Part shown: piece after piece, positions 58,990-64,000 of the stretch
Position numbering within the stretch: position 1 is the stretch's first letter
How the letters are laid out: every line of letters begins with the position of its first letter
Virus record (IMG/VR): IMGVR_UViG_3300017917_000733
Coordinates: 1 to 64,000 of that record
Direction: 5' to 3' (one strand)
DNA: 64,000 nt
Origin: a virus
Program-made: the position numbers and the translations under genes
The notes under the pieces: generated by a model
The model's database searches: none
Told to the model about the DNA's origin: nothing
Seen by the model: only the letters and a program-made list of their open reading frames with translations

Positions 58990-60057
58990 TTACTTCCTAT
59001 CACCGAATAGTATATAATCTTCTTGTTTGTAACCTTCCATGATTTCAGATCCTGAGCCAGAGTCTGGCGCACTATTTTTGTTATTAAGACTACCGCGAAT
59101 AGGAACAATAGCCCACGTGCAGTAATCTTTAAAGTGTGGTAGATTTTTTAATTCTTCTTCTAAGCTAAGTGTTTCTTCAACATTGTGTGGAGCCATCATA
59201 AATTTAACTTCTAAATGCCCAACACCTACATTTTTATGTTCAGCCTTTTCTTTTGCCACAGCTTCAACGACCTTAACGAACTTTGCCCTGTCATAAAACT
59301 CATAGTGTACTGATAGATTTAAATCACCATAGTGAATAATTTCTTGGTAGTAGTCAGGTTTGCGACTACCGTTGCTGTGTAAGCTAACGTGATGTCCGCA
59401 TGCATTCAAATAACGTAACCAATCTAAGAAATCTTTGTTAACAGTTGGTTCGCCACCTGAAATAATGAAATTAACACTCTCACCCTTCGTAAACTTGCTT
59501 TCAATCAAATGTGTAGCTCTCATTAATTCTTCTAATGACTTATGTGGGTCAGTGTTATTATGTATCCAGGGCCAGCAATAGCTACAATCGTAGTTACAAC
59601 GACGACCTATTTCCCAATAGATTTGCTTCTGCGTACTAGCGTGAGTTCTTTCCATACTGACGAAATCAGTTAGTTCAGTGTCAAGTAACTCAGGTTGTGC
59701 TGGTAAATTTTGACCTTTACGTAATGTAGGTATAAATTCTATCTTGCTTGCTTTAGGTATAAACAAGTCAGCACCGCAACTACACACGTTCTTAGTACAG
59801 TCTATCCAGTCATCGGGAACAGAAAAATCATCCCAAACACTGCCCAACTTACCACCAACCCTGCAGCTTGCTGTCCAAACTCCACCATCCATATCAATAA
59901 ACAAACTATCAACACCTGCGCCGCACTTCCAACCTGTTAAGTAATTTAATCTTGCCCCTACTAATTCATCAGTAGACCAATCTCTCCAATTACCATTTTG
60001 GTTATATGTTCTGATAGGCTTACCAGGTGTAAATTCGTAATTTGTTCTGTCTGTCAT
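58990..60057 (-). CDS. Radical SAM protein with the Cys-rich domain placed N-terminally
   Basis: CNYDCSYC, SGGEP, SNGSR; N-terminal WKCGAG...CRVGG...CTKNVCSC. Confidence 0.9.
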   Translation of the reverse strand: MTDRTNYEFTPGKPIRTYNQNGNWRDWSTDELVGARLNYLTGWKCGAGVDSLFIDMDGGVWTASCRVGGKLGSVWDDFSVPDDWIDCTKNVCSCGADLFIPKASKIEFIPTLRKGQNLPAQPELLDTELTDFVSMERTHASTQKQIYWEIGRRCNYDCSYCWPWIHNNTDPHKSLEELMRATHLIESKFTKGESVNFIISGGEPTVNKDFLDWLRYLNACGHHVSLHSNGSRKPDYYQEIIHYGDLNLSVHYEFYDRAKFVKVVEAVAKEKAEHKNVGVGHLEVKFMMAPHNVEETLSLEEELKNLPHFKDYCTWAIVPIRGSLNNKNSAPDSGSGSEIMEGYKQEDYILFGDRK

Positions 60058-61409
60058 TTAATCTCTCCGCACTGTATGTAGAACTCTTTGAGTTCGGGGA
60101 ATGTTTCTGTAAAATTTAGTCCGCGTAATTCATCGAAATCTTTGAACCAAGCATGAAATTGTTGTCTCAAAATACTTTGATCGGAGTTGTTATTCTTAAT
60201 ACTGTCTCTTAGATTTATTAAGAAATCAGTATAAGCACCCCATCTACCATATCGGTCACTGAAGTCAGGCATAGATGATTGAACAGATTGTATCCATTCA
60301 ATTGCATCTGATAAGTTATCAGCAAAATTTGGTGTCAAAACAAAAGGTGTGTGACTATTAGGCCACGTTACTATGTTTTGCTTCAACATCGCAGGTTTAC
60401 CTGTATCCTGACTTACTTTATATACCCATTGTAAAAACTTCTTATATCTTGGGATGCTAAGTGCTGTAATGCTAGGTAAAAATCCTAACGTAACTCTGTC
60501 ATTGTCTTTTGTCATGTTGAATAACTTATAGACATTACTTTCAAATCGTTTCCAATCTAACCCGTTACGAATGTATTCAGCCTGTTCTTCTGTGCTTTCC
60601 ATACTTATTAGAATTTCTAGTTTGAACTTTTCATTCAACTTAGGTAGATAATTCATAAGTTTATTGAAATAGCTTTCAGGAGTATTCAAGTTAGTGACTA
60701 TCCATATAGTAGTGTTGTCGTTTTCAACATCTTTGTAAACATTTAACAACTTATCAATGAATGGATAAAAGTCGGGTGTAATCAACGGCTCGCCGCCGAT
60801 AATACCTATTCTATCTAAACTATGTTTTGCTTCGGTATCAACCCATCGCCAGAACAAATCAATAAACTTTTGATTAGGAGATCCGTTGACTTCTTCATAA
60901 ATCTGATATGAAATTTTACCATTCTTAACGCTCTCACTGGCCCATTGACTACTATAAACGTGATTGCAATACATGCACTTTAAGTCGCATGTATTTCCTA
61001 AACTCACTTCTAGCATGAAAGGCTTGTGACTTCTTAGAAACTTTGAGTCAAGGCTAACTTGTTCAGAAATAACATTAAGGTCGTCTGTTTGAAATTCTTC
61101 AAACATGTTTCTATGATAAGCAAAATCAATAAACCCCTGAGGACTATTGCCTCGTAAGCTGACCGCGCCTTGATCTTCAATTTGCCAACATTGATTACAA
61201 TCACTATGACGCTCTCCCTTTACCATTTCAAATCTGCGATTTATTTGATAATCAGTATTTAGGAATAAGTTAATATCATAAGTGTTTAAATCCTTCTCAG
61301 TTACTGTCTGAAAGGGAGTTTTACAGCATGTTCGTATCTCATTCCTAGTTAAACTGATGTTTGGATAACCCCAGCGCAAATGGCATAGGCTTTTTTCGTT
61401 TGAGGGCAT
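60054..61409 (-). CDS. Radical SAM protein, paralog of 50507..51880
   Basis: GNTCDLKCMYC, IGGEPLI, and N-terminal C.L.W.YP...CC.TP. Confidence 0.9.
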   Translation of the reverse strand: MPSNEKSLCHLRWGYPNISLTRNEIRTCCKTPFQTVTEKDLNTYDINLFLNTDYQINRRFEMVKGERHSDCNQCWQIEDQGAVSLRGNSPQGFIDFAYHRNMFEEFQTDDLNVISEQVSLDSKFLRSHKPFMLEVSLGNTCDLKCMYCNHVYSSQWASESVKNGKISYQIYEEVNGSPNQKFIDLFWRWVDTEAKHSLDRIGIIGGEPLITPDFYPFIDKLLNVYKDVENDNTTIWIVTNLNTPESYFNKLMNYLPKLNEKFKLEILISMESTEEQAEYIRNGLDWKRFESNVYKLFNMTKDNDRVTLGFLPSITALSIPRYKKFLQWVYKVSQDTGKPAMLKQNIVTWPNSHTPFVLTPNFADNLSDAIEWIQSVQSSMPDFSDRYGRWGAYTDFLINLRDSIKNNNSDQSILRQQFHAWFKDFDELRGLNFTETFPELKEFYIQCGEIK

Positions 61410-61419
61410 AATGGATTTT

Positions 61420-61436
61420 TATAAATAACTATTTAG
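61420..61436. promoter_or_regulatory. Face-to-face late-promoter-like pair
   Basis: TATAAATA (+, 61420-61427) and CTAAATA (-, 61430-61436) between the divergent enzyme operons. Confidence 0.65.
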
Positions 61437-61448
61437 TGAGATTGGTTT

Positions 61449-61547
61449 ATGAAATTTTTAAAAAACTGGATATTGAGTATCATCCGTGAGTATAGGTACA
61501 GAAAAAAATTAAAACAACTTAAAAAACGAGACCCTTTCATATATTAA
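61449..61547 (+). CDS. 32-aa basic peptide ending in RDPFIY (not in the supplied track)
   Basis: MKFLKNWILSIIREYRYRKKLKQLKKRDPFIY*; stop abuts the carbamoyltransferase ATG. Confidence 0.7.
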   Translation: MKFLKNWILSIIREYRYRKKLKQLKKRDPFIY

Positions 61548-63023
61548 ATGAATTACTTAGGCATATCATCCGGCTTCCATGATGCATCGGCTACCTTAAT
61601 TGATTTCGAAGGTAATATCTTATTTGCTGGTCATAGTGAACGATACAGTAAAAATAAGCATGACAAATACTTAGATATTGACCTATTGAGAGATGTAACT
61701 AAATATCAAACGGATGCTTTGGAAATCCATTATTACGAAAGACCTTGGCTAAAGTCGTTAAGAGAAATACGAGCAGGCCAACCAATTTCACATCTAACAG
61801 CTAAAAGTGCTATAGGACAACAGTTCGTGTCATTTTTAGATAATCCAAAAATTCATACATATAATCATCATTTAAGTCATGCTGCTGGCGGATTTCAAAC
61901 TAGTCCTTTCGAAGATGCAACTGTCGTTGTTATAGACGCAATAGGTGAGTTTGATACTATAACAATATGGGACGCTAGATACGATAATAATGGATTTGCA
62001 AAGTACAAAAAACTATACAGCAAAAAGTATCCAAACAGTATTGGTTTATTTTACTCAGCAATGACTCAACGAGTAGGTCTTAGACCTTTAGACGAAGAAT
62101 ACATTCTTATGGGAATGGCCGCATACGGTGAGCCTGTGCATCTACATGATATGATGGCACTTTTCAATAATGTATCAGATATAAATTTTAAAGAAAATTT
62201 ACACATAGGTGTTCCTGAAGATTTTTTAAATAATGCGAATCCTATGGATATCGCTAATAGCGCACAGCATTTGGTAGAATGGATGATTAAGCAAGTTGTA
62301 AGTAAAGCTAGGTATTTAGGGTCAAGCAAAAATTTAGTATATAGCGGTGGCGTTGCACTAAACTGTTTAGCTAACAGACTATTAGGAGATTATTTTGAAA
62401 ACATTTGGATCATGCCTAATCCAGGTGATGCAGGAAGTAGTCTCGGAGCGGCTGCTCTTGGTTATGGCAGAAAACTTAATTGGATTAATGCTTTTCTTGG
62501 GCATGACATTGCCGGTACTTATCCCACTAACAATATACTTGACCATCTACTTACCGATCGTATTGTTGGTGTGGCTAGTGGTAGGGCAGAATTTGGACCA
62601 AGAGCCTTAGGAAATAGAAGTCTGCTTGCAGACCCAAGAGGAAACGAAGTAAAGGATCTAGTAAATGAAATCAAACGCAGACAAAAATTTCGACCATTTG
62701 CGCCAGTCATTCTGGAAGAGTATGTTGATGATTATTTTGATATGCCTGCTGGGTTCAGTAATAGTAGGTATATGCAAGTCATCGCTCCTTGCAGGCATCC
62801 TGACTTATTTCCTGCTATCGTTCATTATGATGGTACCAGTCGTGTCCAAACAGTGTCAAAAGATGGAACAGGCATTAGAGAACTCCTCGAAAAATGGTAC
62901 GTACTAACAGGCTGTCCTATGCTATTGAATACGTCATTGAACATTCGAGGCGAACCCATGGTCAACGATAGAAATGATGCAGCCCGTTTTGAGAATCTGT
63001 ATGGAGTCAAAGTTTTATCATAA
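61548..63023 (+). CDS. O-carbamoyltransferase, NodU/CmcH family
   Basis: HDASA, ERYS, HHLSHAA, DAIGE, MGMAAYG, GGVALN, PGDAG, EFGPRALGNRS, RPFAP and LNTSLN motifs. Confidence 0.93.
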   Translation: MNYLGISSGFHDASATLIDFEGNILFAGHSERYSKNKHDKYLDIDLLRDVTKYQTDALEIHYYERPWLKSLREIRAGQPISHLTAKSAIGQQFVSFLDNPKIHTYNHHLSHAAGGFQTSPFEDATVVVIDAIGEFDTITIWDARYDNNGFAKYKKLYSKKYPNSIGLFYSAMTQRVGLRPLDEEYILMGMAAYGEPVHLHDMMALFNNVSDINFKENLHIGVPEDFLNNANPMDIANSAQHLVEWMIKQVVSKARYLGSSKNLVYSGGVALNCLANRLLGDYFENIWIMPNPGDAGSSLGAAALGYGRKLNWINAFLGHDIAGTYPTNNILDHLLTDRIVGVASGRAEFGPRALGNRSLLADPRGNEVKDLVNEIKRRQKFRPFAPVILEEYVDDYFDMPAGFSNSRYMQVIAPCRHPDLFPAIVHYDGTSRVQTVSKDGTGIRELLEKWYVLTGCPMLLNTSLNIRGEPMVNDRNDAARFENLYGVKVLS

Positions 63024-63031
63024 GTAATTAA

Positions 63032-64000
63032 ATGCTAAGAGATGTATTTTATTACGGAAAAAAGCCAAACGCACACCCTAGAGAAAAGTTCGCAGTAAAC
63101 CTAGCTGACGCTAGACAACAATGCACAACAGAACACTTTTGGATAATTAATGAATACTGTGATTATCGTGGGTTCGATTGGGATTTTGATTTTGAATTTT
63201 TACCCGACGAAGATGTTTGGGCAGAAAACCATAACAACGTATGGCCTAGTCAACATCAAAAAGATAGTGGCACGTGGTTATGCTCTAAAGAACACAGCGA
63301 TATTATAATATATCGTGCTGACGTAGATCCTGTAAAAAGAAGAAATGAAATAAACGAACACTGGGTTCTTTTGAAAAATGTAGATACAGAAAAATTTGAT
63401 TTTAGCTGGCATCCTGATCCAACCGAACCTCCCTATATCTATGTATTTGGAAATCAATGGTATGATGTAAGTTTAGAACCCACACTAGAATATCATGTTT
63501 CGGGTGCAACTGATAAGAAATACATGACAGATATAATAGCGCATACAAAACCTGATATGGACAATTGGGTTACTACTTATCAAGTGGAAGATTTTGACTA
63601 TAGCTGGCGCCCTCACCCACACAATCCTCCTATGATATATCAGTTCGGAACATTACTGGATGATATACACTTAAAGGATGGTCCTGTATATAACGCTCCG
63701 GGAAATGATGGTACAATCGTCTACCTTGATAATAAACTTGCTACAAAATCTAAAGTTTCATATCCTAAGTATTATATTAACAATACACTAGATGAGTTAA
63801 TACAAGACCATCCTAACGAAATATTTTGGGCCTTGCGTAAAAATATTAACTACGATAATTTTGATTTTAGTTGGACACCGACCAAAGAAAACGTTTTTCA
63901 TATAAACGTATTCGGATCTCCTGATAGTGAAACTACGCAAACTTATTTTGTTAATTCGGAAATGATAAGTCGCGGATTCAAAAGTTTCAATTTTATAGAA
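63032..64000 (+). CDS. Repeat-containing protein, partial (runs off the right edge)
   Basis: MLRDVFYYGKKPNAHPREKF...; repeated FD(F/Y)SW.P....Y.FG units; ATAAGTA 5 nt before the ATG. Confidence 0.7.
   Translation, partial: MLRDVFYYGKKPNAHPREKFAVNLADARQQCTTEHFWIINEYCDYRGFDWDFDFEFLPDEDVWAENHNNVWPSQHQKDSGTWLCSKEHSDIIIYRADVDPVKRRNEINEHWVLLKNVDTEKFDFSWHPDPTEPPYIYVFGNQWYDVSLEPTLEYHVSGATDKKYMTDIIAHTKPDMDNWVTTYQVEDFDYSWRPHPHNPPMIYQFGTLLDDIHLKDGPVYNAPGNDGTIVYLDNKLATKSKVSYPKYYINNTLDELIQDHPNEIFWALRKNINYDNFDFSWTPTKENVFHINVFGSPDSETTQTYFVNSEMISRGFKSFNFIE

Noticed and set aside
49561-61409. Calling the radical SAM genes moaA, queE, nrdG, pqqE or a defined RiPP cluster
   Set aside because: No partner genes for those pathways and no clear precursor peptide or RRE domain in the window; only family-level motifs are visible.
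1-64000. Alternative genetic code (stop codon reassignment)
   Set aside because: Conserved genes are full length and densely packed in the standard code, and TAA, TAG and TGA all terminate genes.

Overview
This 64 kb window is part of a large, AT-rich, T4-like (myovirus-type) phage genome read in the standard genetic code; no host genes, tRNAs, rRNAs or CRISPR arrays were seen. From left to right it holds five blocks. (1) A head module on the minus strand: major capsid N-terminus, scaffold, prohead protease, acidic core protein, portal, and a tape-measure-like gene. (2) A gp26-like chaperone gene ending in an apparent programmed -1 frameshift signal, followed by an ORF-free, heavily structured region of about 530 bp. 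(3) A Holliday junction resolvase-like nuclease, gp46/gp47 and the late sigma factor gp55. (4) A baseplate/tail module including a 6017-aa multi-domain protein. (5) An enzyme island of about 17 kb with three glycosyltransferase-like genes, eight radical SAM genes (one B12-dependent and fused to a methyltransferase), an SGNH hydrolase and a carbamoyltransferase, all behind late-promoter-like (A/C)TAA(A/G)TA motifs. The best candidates for new biology are the structured minus-strand ncRNA/origin element (about 8570-9030), the frameshift at 8283-8331 and the late-expressed radical SAM/glycosylation island. All protein calls come from motif recognition by eye, not database searches.
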